Assembly (NCBI GenBank): GCA_902536765.1
Contig: CACAYM010000005.1
Span: 14,725-78,724 of the forward strand
From: an uncultured Pelagibacteraceae bacterium
GTDB lineage: Bacteria; Pseudomonadota; Alphaproteobacteria; Pelagibacterales; Pelagibacteraceae
Length of the DNA: 64,000 nucleotides
Direction of reading: 5' to 3'
Of this stretch, positions 33,510-44,879 are shown piece after piece (the stretch's first letter is position 1; every line of letters starts with the position of its first letter). A program made the translations under genes and the position numbers. Under the pieces are notes generated by a model. That model was not told the DNA's origin. It was given only the letters and a program-made list of their open reading frames with translations, and made no database searches.

Positions 33510-36500
33510 TTATCCTGTAAAGATTTTACTTTTAACTTTTTTGTTTTCAAAGATTTTATTGCTTCCAGAAAAGAGTAGGCAGTTGACATATTTGTACAAT
33601 ATGGGATTTTATTTGCTAAAGTTCCTCTTCTCAATGCTCTTGCATCATTTATTCTGTGTTCTGAATTTCCTCCACCAGTATTGATAACTAAGGATATTTT
33701 TTTCGAATTTAAAACATCAACTATATGAGGTCTTCCACTACTTACTTTATTAATTTTTTTACATTTCATTCCATTTTGTTTTATAACTTCACAAGTACCG
33801 CTTGTAGCTGACAGCCTGAAACCAAGCTTCATTAATCTTTGAGCAATACCAACTATTTCCTGTTTGTGGGAATCTTTAACAGACAAGAATGCCATACCTT
33901 TTGTTGGTAGTGAATTTGATGCAGCTATTTGACTTTTTGCAACCGCCATTCCGAAATCATCGTCAAATCCCATAACTTCACCAGTTGATTTCATTTCTGG
34001 ACCTAAGAGTAAATCGCTATCAGGAAATTTATTGAATGGAAATACAGCTTCTTTTACAGCATACATCTTATTAGTTTTATATTTAAGTTTATATTTTGTT
34101 AACTTTTCACCCGCCATTATTTTTGAGGCTATTTTTGCAAGTGGAATGCCGTTAGCTTTGGACACAAATGGCACAGTTCTGCTGGCTCTTGGATTTACCT
34201 CGATCACAAAAATTTCATCATTTTTAATTGCAAATTGGATATTTAGGAAACCTCTTACTTTCAACGATAATGCAAGTTTTTTTGTTTGCTCTTTTAATTC
34301 TTCAATTAATTTATTTTTTATTGATACCGGTGGGAGACAACATGCAGAATCACCTGAATGAATGCCGGCCTCTTCGATATGTTGCATTATACCAGCCACA
34401 TAAACATTTTTTCCGTCCGAAATAGCATCAACATCTATCTCCATCGCATTATCGATAAATTTATCTATCAATATTGGATTTTTTTCTGACGCTTTGAAAG
34501 CCTCAAGAATAAAATTATTTAATTGTTTTTTTTCATAAACTATTTCCATTGCCCTGCCTCCTAAGACATAAGAAGGTCTTACAACTACAGGTAAACCAAT
34601 TTTTTCAGATATTTTTATAGCCTCAGATGGTTTAAAAGCTATACCACTATCTGCCTGTTTGAGTTTTAATTTAATGAGAAGATTTCTAAATCTATCTCTA
34701 TCTTCAGCTAAATCTATTGAAGTATACTGCGTTCCTAAAATTGGTAAGGAATTTTCGTGAAGAAACTTTGCAAGTTTAATTGGAGTTTGTCCACCAAATT
34801 GGGCTATAATCCCAATTAAATTTCCTTTCGATTTCTCCTTTAAAATAATGTTGTAAACATATTCCTCTACAAGAGGTTCAAAATATAATCTGTCACTTGT
34901 ATCATAATCAGTAGAGACAGTCTCAGGATTGCAGTTCACCATAATTGTTTCAAAACCAGCTTCTTTCAATGCATAACTAGCTTGGCAACAACAATAATCA
35001 AACTCAATACCTTGGCCAATTCTATTTGGCCCACCACCTAAAATGATTATTTTGTTTTTTTTTGATGGTTCAGACTCACATTCCGATAAGGTGTTAAAAT
35101 TTCTTTGATAAGTAGAATACATGTATGGCGTGTATGACTTGAATTCAGCAGCACAAGTATCAACCTTTTTGTAAACAGGAAAAACTTTTATTGCCTCTCT
35201 TTTTCTTCTAACTGTCTTTTCATCAATATTACACAATTGACCTATTTTTTTATCTGAAAATCCTATGGATTTAATTTTATTAAATTCGATAAAGTTTTTT
35301 GGAACACCTTTTGATTTTATCAATCTTTCACAATCTACAATTTCTTTAATTTGATCAATAAACCAGGGATCAATACCAGATAGTTTTTGGATTTTGCTTT
35401 TATTAAATTTTTTTCTTAAAGCTTCTGCAACTAAGAGAATTCGATTTGGAACGTTAATTTTTAAATTTTTAGTAATTTCTTTTTTAGAGTAATTAAAAAT
35501 TTGATCTAAACCAGAAAGCCCAATCTCTAATGAACACAAAGCTTTTTGTAACGATTCCTTAAAATTTCTTCCGATAGACATTGCTTCACCAACTGATTTC
35601 ATTGATGTCCCTAAAATAGGTGGCGATTGTGAAAATTTCTCAAATGTAAATCTTGGAATTTTTGTAACTACATAGTCGATTGTGGGTTCAAATGATGCTG
35701 GAGTGACTTTGGTAATCTCATTTTTTAGTTCATCTAGAGTGTAACCTACGGCAAGTTTTGCAGCAACTTTTGCAATTGGAAAACCAGTTGCTTTTGAAGC
35801 AAGAGCTGAAGATCTAGAAACTCTTGGGTTCATTTCTATAATAACCATGCGTCCGTTTTTAGGATTAATAGCAAATTGCACATTTGACCCCCCAGTTTCG
35901 ACACCAATTTTTCTTAAACAAGCGATCGAAGCATTTCTCATTATTTGATACTCTTTATCTGTAAGTGTAAGTGCTGGAGCAACAGTTATTGAATCACCAG
36001 TATGAATCCCCATTGGATCAACATTCTCTATGGAACATATTATAATACAATTGTCTTTTTTATCTCTAACAACTTCCATTTCAAACTCTTTCCAGCCCTC
36101 CAAACATTCTTCTATTAAAACTTGAGAAACAGGAGACTCTTGAAGACCATTTTTTACAATTTTATAAAATTCTTTTCTGTTTTTTGCTATTCCACCCCCT
36201 AAACCACCTAACGTGAAAGCTGGGCGTATTATTGCTGGTAACCCAATTCTTCTCAAAGCTATCTTTGCATCTTTTTCTCGATTAACAATTTCCGATTTTG
36301 GTAGATCAAGTCCTATCTCTGACATATTCTTTCGAAATTTTTTCCTGTCTTCAGCGTTTGCTATTGCACTAGAATTTGCACCTATTAAATCAATATTATA
36401 TTTTTTTAAAAAACCTTTCTTTTTTGCCTCCATAGCTAAATTCAATGCTGTTTGGCCACCCATAGTTGGTAAAATTGCATTTGGTTTTTCTTTTATAATT

Positions 36501-36730
36501 ATTTTTTCTAGTATTTCTAAAGTAATTGGCTCTATATATGTTTTGTCTGCAACATCTGGATCAGTCATTATTGTTGCAGGGTTTGAATTTAGAAGTATGA
36601 CTTCGTATCCCTCATCTTTTAGAGCTTTACATGCCTGTGTCCCAGAATAATCAAACTCACAAGCTTGGCCGATTATTATCGGACCAGCACCAACCACAAG
36701 TATTTTTTTAATATCTTTTCTTTTTGGCAT
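33506..36730 (-). CDS. carB: Carbamoyl-phosphate synthase large subunit
   Basis: [15 protein letters not shown], two ATP-grasp halves, MGS-like C-terminus. Confidence 0.99.
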   Translation of the reverse strand: MPKRKDIKKILVVGAGPIIIGQACEFDYSGTQACKALKDEGYEVILLNSNPATIMTDPDVADKTYIEPITLEILEKIIIKEKPNAILPTMGGQTALNLAMEAKKKGFLKKYNIDLIGANSSAIANAEDRKKFRKNMSEIGLDLPKSEIVNREKDAKIALRRIGLPAIIRPAFTLGGLGGGIAKNRKEFYKIVKNGLQESPVSQVLIEECLEGWKEFEMEVVRDKKDNCIIICSIENVDPMGIHTGDSITVAPALTLTDKEYQIMRNASIACLRKIGVETGGSNVQFAINPKNGRMVIIEMNPRVSRSSALASKATGFPIAKVAAKLAVGYTLDELKNEITKVTPASFEPTIDYVVTKIPRFTFEKFSQSPPILGTSMKSVGEAMSIGRNFKESLQKALCSLEIGLSGLDQIFNYSKKEITKNLKINVPNRILLVAEALRKKFNKSKIQKLSGIDPWFIDQIKEIVDCERLIKSKGVPKNFIEFNKIKSIGFSDKKIGQLCNIDEKTVRRKREAIKVFPVYKKVDTCAAEFKSYTPYMYSTYQRNFNTLSECESEPSKKNKIIILGGGPNRIGQGIEFDYCCCQASYALKEAGFETIMVNCNPETVSTDYDTSDRLYFEPLVEEYVYNIILKEKSKGNLIGIIAQFGGQTPIKLAKFLHENSLPILGTQYTSIDLAEDRDRFRNLLIKLKLKQADSGIAFKPSEAIKISEKIGLPVVVRPSYVLGGRAMEIVYEKKQLNNFILEAFKASEKNPILIDKFIDNAMEIDVDAISDGKNVYVAGIMQHIEEAGIHSGDSACCLPPVSIKNKLIEELKEQTKKLALSLKVRGFLNIQFAIKNDEIFVIEVNPRASRTVPFVSKANGIPLAKIASKIMAGEKLTKYKLKYKTNKMYAVKEAVFPFNKFPDSDLLLGPEMKSTGEVMGFDDDFGMAVAKSQIAASNSLPTKGMAFLSVKDSHKQEIVGIAQRLMKLGFRLSATSGTCEVIKQNGMKCKKINKVSSGRPHIVDVLNSKKISLVINTGGGNSEHRINDARALRRGTLANKIPYCTNMSTAYSFLEAIKSLKTKKLKVKSLQDN

Positions 36731-37901
36731 TTTGTTTTATCTCAGTAATAAATTGATCAAATAAATATTGGCTATCCTGGGGCCCTGGGTTTGCTTCTGG
36801 ATGATACTGTACTGAAAATATTGGTTTATTTTTTAATCTAATTCCTTCAATAGAATTATCAAATAATGATTGATGCGTTATAATTACGTTTTTAGGCAAA
36901 CTTGATTTTATTACTTCAAAACCGTGGTTTTGACTTGTTATTTCAACTTTGTTATTTAAAATATTTTTGACAGGATGATTTGCTCCTCTATGTCCAAGTT
37001 TCATTTTTTTTGTCTTAGCATTAAGTGCTAAAGCTAAAAGTTGATGCCCTAAACAGATGCCAAATATAGGTATATTTAAAATTATAAGTTTTTTTATAAC
37101 GTTTACCGCATATTTTCCTGTTGCCGCAGGATCACCCGGTCCATTAGACAAAAATACTCCGTCAGGATTTAGTTTAGTTATTTTATCAACGCTTGTATCA
37201 CATGGAACTACTGTGATCTTACAATTATGATTTGAAAAATATCTTAAAATATTTTTTTTTATTCCATAATCTATTGCAACAATATTAAAAATATGTTTTT
37301 TATTTTTTTCAAATCCAGTCTCTTTTTTCCAAGTTTTAAGATTATTCCAAATATATTTTGATCTAGTTGATACATCTTTAGCTAAATCTAAACCATTTAA
37401 ACCATGCCATTTTATAGAATGATTTAAAAGTTTTTTTATATTGAACTTTCCTTTGTTACTTTTTTTAATAGTTCCTTTTGGTGCACCTTTGTCTCTAATA
37501 AAATTTGTCAAACTTCTGGTGTCAATACCAGTCAAACCAACAATTCTATTTGATTTTAGCCATGCATCTAGATTTTTTAAAGATCTGTAATTTGAGGGAT
37601 TTGTTATTTCAGCATTAAATATTACCCCTTTTGTCCATATTTTATCAGATTCATGATCCTCGTGATTAGTTCCTACGTTTCCAATGTGAGGAAATGTAAA
37701 ATTAATTATTTGTCCTGAATATGAGGGATCAGAGATTATCTCTTGGTATCCGGTTATTGAAGTATTGAAACATACTTCACCTGTAGCTTCTCCTTCGTGG
37801 CCAAGGCCTATGCCTTTAAACACTTGCCCGTTTTCAAGAACTAAAATACCAGTTGATAATTTTGATTTTTTGATGGAGTTAATTTTATGTTTTTTTTTCA
37901 A
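36708..37901 (-). CDS. carA: Carbamoyl-phosphate synthase small subunit (TTG start)
   Basis: [27 protein letters not shown]. Confidence 0.98.
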   Translation of the reverse strand: MKKKHKINSIKKSKLSTGILVLENGQVFKGIGLGHEGEATGEVCFNTSITGYQEIISDPSYSGQIINFTFPHIGNVGTNHEDHESDKIWTKGVIFNAEITNPSNYRSLKNLDAWLKSNRIVGLTGIDTRSLTNFIRDKGAPKGTIKKSNKGKFNIKKLLNHSIKWHGLNGLDLAKDVSTRSKYIWNNLKTWKKETGFEKNKKHIFNIVAIDYGIKKNILRYFSNHNCKITVVPCDTSVDKITKLNPDGVFLSNGPGDPAATGKYAVNVIKKLIILNIPIFGICLGHQLLALALNAKTKKMKLGHRGANHPVKNILNNKVEITSQNHGFEVIKSSLPKNVIITHQSLFDNSIEGIRLKNKPIFSVQYHPEANPGPQDSQYLFDQFITEIKQNAKKKRY

Positions 37902-38019
37902 TTACAACTCATGAGTTAAAGGTTAATACAATAAAACCTATTTTTCCGCAACAGATGTAATATAATTTTTCTTTCAAAATACAATTTTTTCTTTAAAAAT
38001 TTTGTATAAAATAAATGTT

Positions 38020-38481
38020 ATGTCGTTAAAATCTAAAATAGAATCTGATTACGAAAATTCTTTAAAATCAAAAAATAAAATTGAAATATCAACTTATAGG
38101 TTAATATTATCTGGTATTAAAGATTTAGAAATTTCTAATAGATCTGGACCCCAAAAAAAAGAGACTGACGATAATGAGGTGAAACACCTGATAAAAAAAA
38201 TGATTAAACAAAGAAACGAATCAATAGATATTTACAAAAAAAATAACAGAGCAGATTTACTGGCTATAGAAGAGAAAGAGGTAAACATTTTATCCTCTTA
38301 CATTCCTAAACAATTAAGTGACGAGGAAACAAAGGATATATGCAGAAAAGCAATTAATGAAACTAGTGCTCAAAGTATTAAAGATATGGGAAAAATCATG
38401 GGGGTACTGAAGAAAAATTTTTCTGATAATTTAGATTTTTCAAAAGCAGGTGCGATTTTGAAAGAAATGCTTAATAAATAA
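38020..38481 (+). CDS. GatB/YqeY domain protein (likely start ATG 38020)
   Basis: KMIKQRNESI, YIPKQLS, KDMGKIMG; carA / yqeY-dnaG-rpoD synteny. Confidence 0.9.
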   Translation: MSLKSKIESDYENSLKSKNKIEISTYRLILSGIKDLEISNRSGPQKKETDDNEVKHLIKKMIKQRNESIDIYKKNNRADLLAIEEKEVNILSSYIPKQLSDEETKDICRKAINETSAQSIKDMGKIMGVLKKNFSDNLDFSKAGAILKEMLNK

Positions 38482-40253
38482 TGAAATACCCCAAAGAATA
38501 TTTAGATGAAATAAAAACAAGATTGAAAGTCTCAAATGTTGTTTCTAAATATGTCCAACTTAAAAAAAGAGGAAAAGAATTTGTTGGGTTATCACCATTT
38601 AAAAATGAAAAAACACCATCATTCACTGTAAATGATGATAAAGGATTTTTTCATTGCTTCAGTACGTCTGAACATGGAAATATCTTTGATTTTCTGATGA
38701 AGACACAAAATCTAAAATTTAGTGAGGCTGTAAAAACTTTAGCCTTACAAGCAGGTATGAGACCTTATACTTTTTCAAAAGCTGATGAAGATAGAGAAAA
38801 AGCGTGGAAAGAATATACAGGGATATATTCTGAATATGTTAACTTTTTTCACAATGAATTATTAAATAATCCTGATTTTAAAAATAGTTTGGACTACCTT
38901 AAAAATAGAAAATTAACTTTAGATACAATTAAGAATTTTAAACTAGGTTATGTTAAAAAAGATTTAAACTTATTTAATAGTTTAGAAAAAAAGTTTGGTA
39001 AAAAATCAGTGAAGGAATGCGGTATTTTTTATTTTGATGAAAAAAAAAATATATATGTTGATAGATTTAGAGATAGAATTATTTTTCCAATTAATACAAT
39101 ATCTAGTTTACCAATTGCTATTGGTGGGAGGATTACACAAAAAAATTCTTTTTACGCAAAATATATTAATTCACCAGAGACCCAATTTTTTAAAAAAGGA
39201 AATAATCTTTACAACATAGATAGAGCGAGGAAATTGTCAAATAAACTAGACCAAATTTTTTTAGTTGAGGGATATATGGATGTCATTGGATTAAATAATC
39301 ATGGTGTGGAAAATTGTGTTGCAAGCCTAGGCACAGCTTTGACAGAAAGGCAAATATCTATCCTGAATCAATTTTTTAATGAAATAGTAATTTGTTTTGA
39401 TGGAGACGAGAGCGGTTATAAGGCTGCTGTCAGAGCGGCTGAAAACTCTATAAAAGAATTAAAACCAGAAAAACAGATATCATTCCTATTTTTACCAAAT
39501 GGAGAAGACCCGGATACTTTCATATCCAAAAATGGAAAAGAAACGTTTATAAAATATTATGAAACAAACAAAATAGCTATTCACGAATTTTTATTCGAAA
39601 ATTTAAGAAAACAAACAATTAATTCACCAACATCATTAGCAATATTTGAAAAAAAATTAAGGTACATTAGTTCTTGTATAAAAGATCAATATATTAAAAA
39701 ATATATCCTGGACTTTTTTCTTGGAAAAATTTCTGCTTTAACTCCAAATTTAAGCAAAGGAAAGCAATTTGCAATAAAACACATTGCATCCTTAAGCTCT
39801 ACTAAACAAATTTTTAATGAGACTAGCTCCATTACCAAAGAAGAGCTTCAAGAATTTTCAATTCTGTACTTAATAATTAACAATTTTAATTTTTTTAAAA
39901 AAAATGTATCAATTTTAGATGGCATGGATTTCATTACAATTGAAGGAGGTAATATATTTTTAAAATTATTAGAGTTACTAAAATTTAAAGACGAGGTTAA
40001 TACCAATAGACTGCCCATAGAAACTAGCAAGTTAGTAAAAATAAATAAATTTGCATCTGTAAAACATATTTCAAAAAATATACAAAGAGACGAAAATAAA
40101 TTAAAGGAAATATTTAATGAAATGAAGAAAGATTTGAAAAATCTTTTTCTTGAAAAAAGGATCTCACAACTAGAATCGGTATTTTCCAAAAATATGGACG
40201 AAAATACATTTAATGAGATAAAAGAATTAAAAAAATTACAAAATAACAACTAA
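38481..40253 (+). CDS. dnaG: DNA primase
   Basis: EKTPSF, RFRDRIIFP, KYINSPET, TOPRIM VEGYMD..FDGD..G.KA, DPD. Confidence 0.97.
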   Translation: MKYPKEYLDEIKTRLKVSNVVSKYVQLKKRGKEFVGLSPFKNEKTPSFTVNDDKGFFHCFSTSEHGNIFDFLMKTQNLKFSEAVKTLALQAGMRPYTFSKADEDREKAWKEYTGIYSEYVNFFHNELLNNPDFKNSLDYLKNRKLTLDTIKNFKLGYVKKDLNLFNSLEKKFGKKSVKECGIFYFDEKKNIYVDRFRDRIIFPINTISSLPIAIGGRITQKNSFYAKYINSPETQFFKKGNNLYNIDRARKLSNKLDQIFLVEGYMDVIGLNNHGVENCVASLGTALTERQISILNQFFNEIVICFDGDESGYKAAVRAAENSIKELKPEKQISFLFLPNGEDPDTFISKNGKETFIKYYETNKIAIHEFLFENLRKQTINSPTSLAIFEKKLRYISSCIKDQYIKKYILDFFLGKISALTPNLSKGKQFAIKHIASLSSTKQIFNETSSITKEELQEFSILYLIINNFNFFKKNVSILDGMDFITIEGGNIFLKLLELLKFKDEVNTNRLPIETSKLVKINKFASVKHISKNIQRDENKLKEIFNEMKKDLKNLFLEKRISQLESVFSKNMDENTFNEIKELKKLQNNN

Positions 40254-40321
40254 ATTTAATAATTTTTACGTGGATTTTTTTAAAATTGGCATTATATAGA
40301 TCTTCCTAAGTTATTATTATT

Positions 40322-42157
40322 GTGGAAAGAATTATTACTAAATCGTTTGCCCGTTTAATGGGAAGAGGAATTCATAGGGGCTTTATCACTCATGAAGAGT
40401 TAAATAAATCACTGGGTAAAAGAAATCTTTCACAAGATAATTTAGCTCAAGCATTTATACATATCTTAGATGAAAAAATTTCATTAGTTGAAAAGAAATC
40501 AGATTTTAAAGTTCTAAAGAAGCGAGATGGTCAAAATAAAGATGAAGGTAAATCTGTAGAAAAAAGTGATGATCCTATCAGAATGTATCTCAGAGAAATG
40601 GGTGGCGTTGAGCTTTTATCTAGAGAAGGAGAAATAGCAATAGCAAAAAGAATTGAGGCAGGAAAAGATGTCATGCTAAACGCATTATCGCAAAGCCCAA
40701 TAACAGCTCAACAGTTATTCGAATGGAATGAAAAATTACAAAATAATGAAATTTTGGTAAGAGAGATAATCGATATTGATACAAATTATATGGAAGATGA
40801 AAATACTTCCAATTCAAATAAAAAAAATGAAAGTAGTGATAAAAAAGAAACAATAGAAAAAAATGAAATTACAAATGAAGAAGAGGATGAATTTAATCCT
40901 ACTCTTGCGGCTATGGAGAACGAAATAAAGCCAAAAATTCTTAAAACTGTTAATGAACTTACTAAAGAATATAATAAGTTAATAAAATACCAAAAAGAAA
41001 GACTAGACTGTACTTTGCAATCAAGTATTTTTTCCAATTCGAAAGAGAAAAATTATAAAAAAATTGTTGAGAAAATTTTGAAGGATATTAAATCTTTACA
41101 ATTATCTCCTTCAGTGCTTGAAGAGCTTGTTCAAAAACATCACAATGAAAATAAAAAAATTATTTCTCTTGAGGGAAATCTTTTAAGATTAGCGATAGAT
41201 CAAAAAATACCGAGAAATGAATTTCTTAAATTTTATGTTGGTAATGAGATTAATCCAAATTTGAAAACTTTCTTGGATACAAATTCAGTTTGGAAACAGT
41301 TTTTTCAAAAAAATAAAGATGAATTTAAAAATATCAGAGATAGATTAATTGAAACAAGTAAAAGATTAGGTATTTCAGTCACAGAATTTAAGAAACTTTT
41401 AAGTAGAATTCAAAAAGGAGAGAAGGAGTCCCGGATTGCAAAAAAAGAAATGGTAGAAGCAAATTTGAGACTTGTAATCTCAATCGCAAAAAAATATACG
41501 AACAGAGGTTTGCAATTTTTAGATTTGATCCAAGAAGGAAATATTGGATTAATGAAAGCAGTAGATAAATTTGAATATAGAAGGGGATATAAATTTTCTA
41601 CATACGCAACTTGGTGGATTAGACAAGCAATCACCAGGTCTATCGCCGACCAGGCTAGAACTATAAGAATCCCAGTTCACATGATTGAAACAATAAACAA
41701 AATCGTGAGAACCCAAAGATTAATATTGAGTGAATTTGGAAGAGAGGCAACTCCTGAAGAATTAGCAAAGAAATTACGTATGCCTCTTGAAAAAGTTAGA
41801 AAAGTTTTAAAAATCTCAAAAGAACCAGTATCTTTAGAAAAACCAGTTGGTGATGAAGAGGATAGTAGTTTGGGAGATTTCATTGAAGATACAAAAGCGC
41901 TTGCACCGTTAGAGCAAGCAATTAAATCAAACTTAAGCGAGGCGACTACTAAGATATTATCAACACTTACTCCAAGAGAAGAAAGAGTTTTGAGAATGAG
42001 ATTTGGTGTGGGGATGAATACTGACCACACACTCGAAGAAGTTGGTTTGCAGTTTTCAGTCACAAGAGAAAGAATAAGACAGATTGAAGCGAAAGCCCTT
42101 AGAAAACTGAAGCACCCAAGTAGATCTAAACAATTAAAGAGTTTCCTAGAGAGTTAA
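40322..42157 (+). CDS. rpoD: RNA polymerase primary sigma factor sigma70 (GTG start)
   Basis: [52 protein letters not shown]. Confidence 0.99.
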   Translation: MERIITKSFARLMGRGIHRGFITHEELNKSLGKRNLSQDNLAQAFIHILDEKISLVEKKSDFKVLKKRDGQNKDEGKSVEKSDDPIRMYLREMGGVELLSREGEIAIAKRIEAGKDVMLNALSQSPITAQQLFEWNEKLQNNEILVREIIDIDTNYMEDENTSNSNKKNESSDKKETIEKNEITNEEEDEFNPTLAAMENEIKPKILKTVNELTKEYNKLIKYQKERLDCTLQSSIFSNSKEKNYKKIVEKILKDIKSLQLSPSVLEELVQKHHNENKKIISLEGNLLRLAIDQKIPRNEFLKFYVGNEINPNLKTFLDTNSVWKQFFQKNKDEFKNIRDRLIETSKRLGISVTEFKKLLSRIQKGEKESRIAKKEMVEANLRLVISIAKKYTNRGLQFLDLIQEGNIGLMKAVDKFEYRRGYKFSTYATWWIRQAITRSIADQARTIRIPVHMIETINKIVRTQRLILSEFGREATPEELAKKLRMPLEKVRKVLKISKEPVSLEKPVGDEEDSSLGDFIEDTKALAPLEQAIKSNLSEATTKILSTLTPREERVLRMRFGVGMNTDHTLEEVGLQFSVTRERIRQIEAKALRKLKHPSRSKQLKSFLES

Positions 42158-42179
42158 TTTAGTTTAATCATTTGCTTAA

Positions 42180-42866
42180 ATGCAAAGTTTCGAATTAAAT
42201 AGAAATATGGCTCAATTAGCCATTTTACAAAGAATAGAACTATGCGGACCGTCTTTAAAAAAAATAAGAAAATTTTTTGGAAGGTATCTATTTTCTACTC
42301 TTTTTTCTAAATATTTTATAAATCCTCAAAAAATTTCTAAAAATTATCATAATTTGATGGAAAATGAATTTTTATTAATTGAAAAATTTATAAAAGGTAA
42401 TGATAAAATTTTAAGCATAGGATCAGGTATTGGTGGATTAGAAATTTTAATAAACAGAAAATTTAATAATCATATTTCGTTCATTGAGAAAAATTATATT
42501 TCAAAAAAAATTAAATATGGATGGGATAAAAATAATGAAGAGGGTTATAATAGTTTAAACTTACTAGAAGAATTTTTATTAAATAATGGAATTAAAAAAG
42601 AAAAATTTGAAATTCTGGACTATGACAGAGATGTTTTACCTGAAACAAAATTTGACGTTATAATTTCTTTATATTCATTAGATTATCACTATGAATTTAA
42701 TATTTATAAAGATTATCTGGAAAGGGTTATGAAGCCAGAAACTGTTTTAATTTTTGATACGGTAAGATCAGATTATTTTTTTGATGTTTTTAAAAAAGTG
42801 GATGTAATTAAGCAAGATATTAATACCGTTCATAAATCAAAAAGAATTGCATGTAGGAACTTATAA
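42180..42866 (+). CDS. Class I SAM-dependent methyltransferase, substrate unknown
   Basis: ILSIGSGIGG motif I, FDVIISLYS..YHY. Confidence 0.7.
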   Translation: MQSFELNRNMAQLAILQRIELCGPSLKKIRKFFGRYLFSTLFSKYFINPQKISKNYHNLMENEFLLIEKFIKGNDKILSIGSGIGGLEILINRKFNNHISFIEKNYISKKIKYGWDKNNEEGYNSLNLLEEFLLNNGIKKEKFEILDYDRDVLPETKFDVIISLYSLDYHYEFNIYKDYLERVMKPETVLIFDTVRSDYFFDVFKKVDVIKQDINTVHKSKRIACRNL

Positions 42867-42871
42867 AACTT

Positions 42872-44125
42872 ATGATAAAAGCTATAGAAAATAAATTTTT
42901 TATTTTTTTGTTTTCGCTATTACCAATTACGATTATTCTTGGTCAAGCTGTTTCTCTTTTGAATATAATTTTAATTTCAATTTTTATTATAATCAAATTA
43001 TCAATAAATAAAAATTTTGATTTTGTCAAAAATAAAACTTTTATATTACTAGGTATAATTTATCTTTATCTGTTATTTAATACTTTTACATCATTAGATT
43101 ATAATTTAAGTTATTTAAGAAATTTCGGTTTTATAAGGTTTATTTTGCTATTTATAGCAATTAACTTTTTTTTTTTTAGTTATAAAAATCAAAATTTCTT
43201 TTTTAAAATTTGGACATTAATTATTTTAATTGTAATATTTGACTCCTACATTGAATATTTTTTGGGTAAAAATATTTTAGGATATGGACAAGATGATCTA
43301 TATCCAGACAGGATAGTAAGCTTTTTTAAAGATGAACCAATTGTAGCAGGATACCTAAATGGGTTTTTTTTTATTATAATTGGGTATTTACTTAATAAAA
43401 AAAATGCAGAAAACAAAAATTTATATTTTTTATGCCTTGTTTTAAGTCTTTTATTTTTTATTTGTGTAACATTTACCGGTGAAAGGTCAAATACTATTAA
43501 GTCAATATTAGCTTTAAGCTTATTCTTCTTACTTAATAATAAATTTGATTTAAAATATAGATTTACCGTATTTTTTTCTTTGGTAATAGTTTTCGTAACT
43601 TTAATATCAAATTCCAATTATTTAAAATACAGATATATGGAAAATATAATAAATCCAATCTTGGATTTTGAGAAAAGAGAGAAATTTTTAAATGAGAATA
43701 TATATATTAAACATTATAAATCTGGATATGCTGTATTTCAAAACTATCCTTTATTAGGCGTTGGAAATAAAAATTACAGGTTGGAGACAAGGAATAATCA
43801 ATTTACAAAAAAAAATTATATTCCAGATACCCATCCACACCAAATTTATCTAGAGTTACTATCAGAGCATGGTTTAGTTGGAACTATAATTTTGCTTTCC
43901 ACTTTATTTTTTTTGATATTCCGAAATGTTAAAAATTGTTTAACTTCAAAAAATTCTTTGCAACTAGGAACATTTTGTTATTTAATTACAAACTTTCTTC
44001 CAGTTCTACCAAGTGGTTCTTTTTTTTCTGATTTAAATATGACACTTTTTTTTATAAACTTTTCTATATTTATTGCTTGTAACCCATCATCAAATATTTT
44101 TAGTAAATCATCTATAAGTAAATAA
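42872..44125 (+). CDS. O-antigen ligase / Wzy_C family membrane protein
   Basis: Many TM helices, TGERS, G.G..NY, HPHQIYLELLSEHGLVG. Confidence 0.85.
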   Translation: MIKAIENKFFIFLFSLLPITIILGQAVSLLNIILISIFIIIKLSINKNFDFVKNKTFILLGIIYLYLLFNTFTSLDYNLSYLRNFGFIRFILLFIAINFFFFSYKNQNFFFKIWTLIILIVIFDSYIEYFLGKNILGYGQDDLYPDRIVSFFKDEPIVAGYLNGFFFIIIGYLLNKKNAENKNLYFLCLVLSLLFFICVTFTGERSNTIKSILALSLFFLLNNKFDLKYRFTVFFSLVIVFVTLISNSNYLKYRYMENIINPILDFEKREKFLNENIYIKHYKSGYAVFQNYPLLGVGNKNYRLETRNNQFTKKNYIPDTHPHQIYLELLSEHGLVGTIILLSTLFFLIFRNVKNCLTSKNSLQLGTFCYLITNFLPVLPSGSFFSDLNMTLFFINFSIFIACNPSSNIFSKSSISK

Positions 44126-44185
44126 GAATTATATTTAACTCGGTTGATAAAGTTGAAAAAGTATTGTAATTAATAACTTCTTTTT

Positions 44186-44262
44186 GGGCCTGTAGCTCAG
44201 TTGGTTAGAGCAGTACACTCATAATGTATTGGTCCCAGGTTCGAGTCCTGGCGGGCCCACCA
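44186..44262 (+). tRNA. tRNA with CAU anticodon, probably Ile2 (lysidine) rather than elongator Met
   Basis: Acceptor GGGCCTG/CGGGCCC, loop CTCATAA, T-loop GGTTCGAGTCC, 3' ACCA. Not initiator-like; its position downstream of rpoD parallels E. coli ileX. Confidence 0.85.
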
Positions 44263-44272
44263 TTTTTAATTT

Positions 44273-44866
44273 TCACTCATCAATAAATTTTTGCAAATTT
44301 TCGAACAGAGCATCTATTTGTCCATCGTTACTTTTGATAATAGAGGCAAATTCTTCTTTCTGTGTTCTTGCTAAACTTAAACCTTCAATTATTAAATCTC
44401 TAATAAGAGGTTTTTCAGGATTTTTAGTATAAATTCTCCAATCTATTTTTATCTCGGGCCTATCTTTTGTTGCAACAAGAATACTTGATACAATTGTGTA
44501 TTTTTCATTTTTTTTATCTTTTGATACAACGTTTATTTTTGGATTTGAATATTCAGACAGACGACTTGAAAAACTTTTTAAGAAATAACTTTCAAATAAA
44601 TTTGAGTATTTTTTTTTCTGCTGTTCAGTAATTTCTTTTCTATACTTTCCAAGCGTATAAAAACCAATTCCTTTAATATCCACAGTATCTTTTGCTAATT
44701 TTTGAAGCTCAAGCATTTTTTCTTTCTTAGATATGTCTTTACTTAATGTTTGGGAGGCTCTATTGACTGTAGATTGAACAAATACATCTGGCTCAATAGC
44801 ATATGAATTGCATGTTATAATTATATAAAAAACAAAATAAAATAAATATAAACCTTTTTTTTTCAT
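44273..44866 (-). CDS. mlaC: MlaC/Ttg2D phospholipid-binding periplasmic protein
   Basis: Signal peptide, TLGKY, IDWR, DLIIEGLS...TQKEEFAS. Confidence 0.88.
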   Translation of the reverse strand: MKKKGLYLFYFVFYIIITCNSYAIEPDVFVQSTVNRASQTLSKDISKKEKMLELQKLAKDTVDIKGIGFYTLGKYRKEITEQQKKKYSNLFESYFLKSFSSRLSEYSNPKINVVSKDKKNEKYTIVSSILVATKDRPEIKIDWRIYTKNPEKPLIRDLIIEGLSLARTQKEEFASIIKSNDGQIDALFENLQKFIDE

Positions 44867-44879
44867 TTAAATTTTATAT

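Noticed and set aside
36213-36650. Long antisense ORFs opposite carB, and similar ones opposite ychF, dnaG, rpoD, uvrB and the O-antigen ligase
   Set aside because: Shadow frames of conserved genes, with no motifs or initiation signals.
44229-44432. 67-aa ORF MVPGSSPGGPT...
   Set aside because: It is a translation of the tRNA T-arm plus the antisense strand of mlaC.
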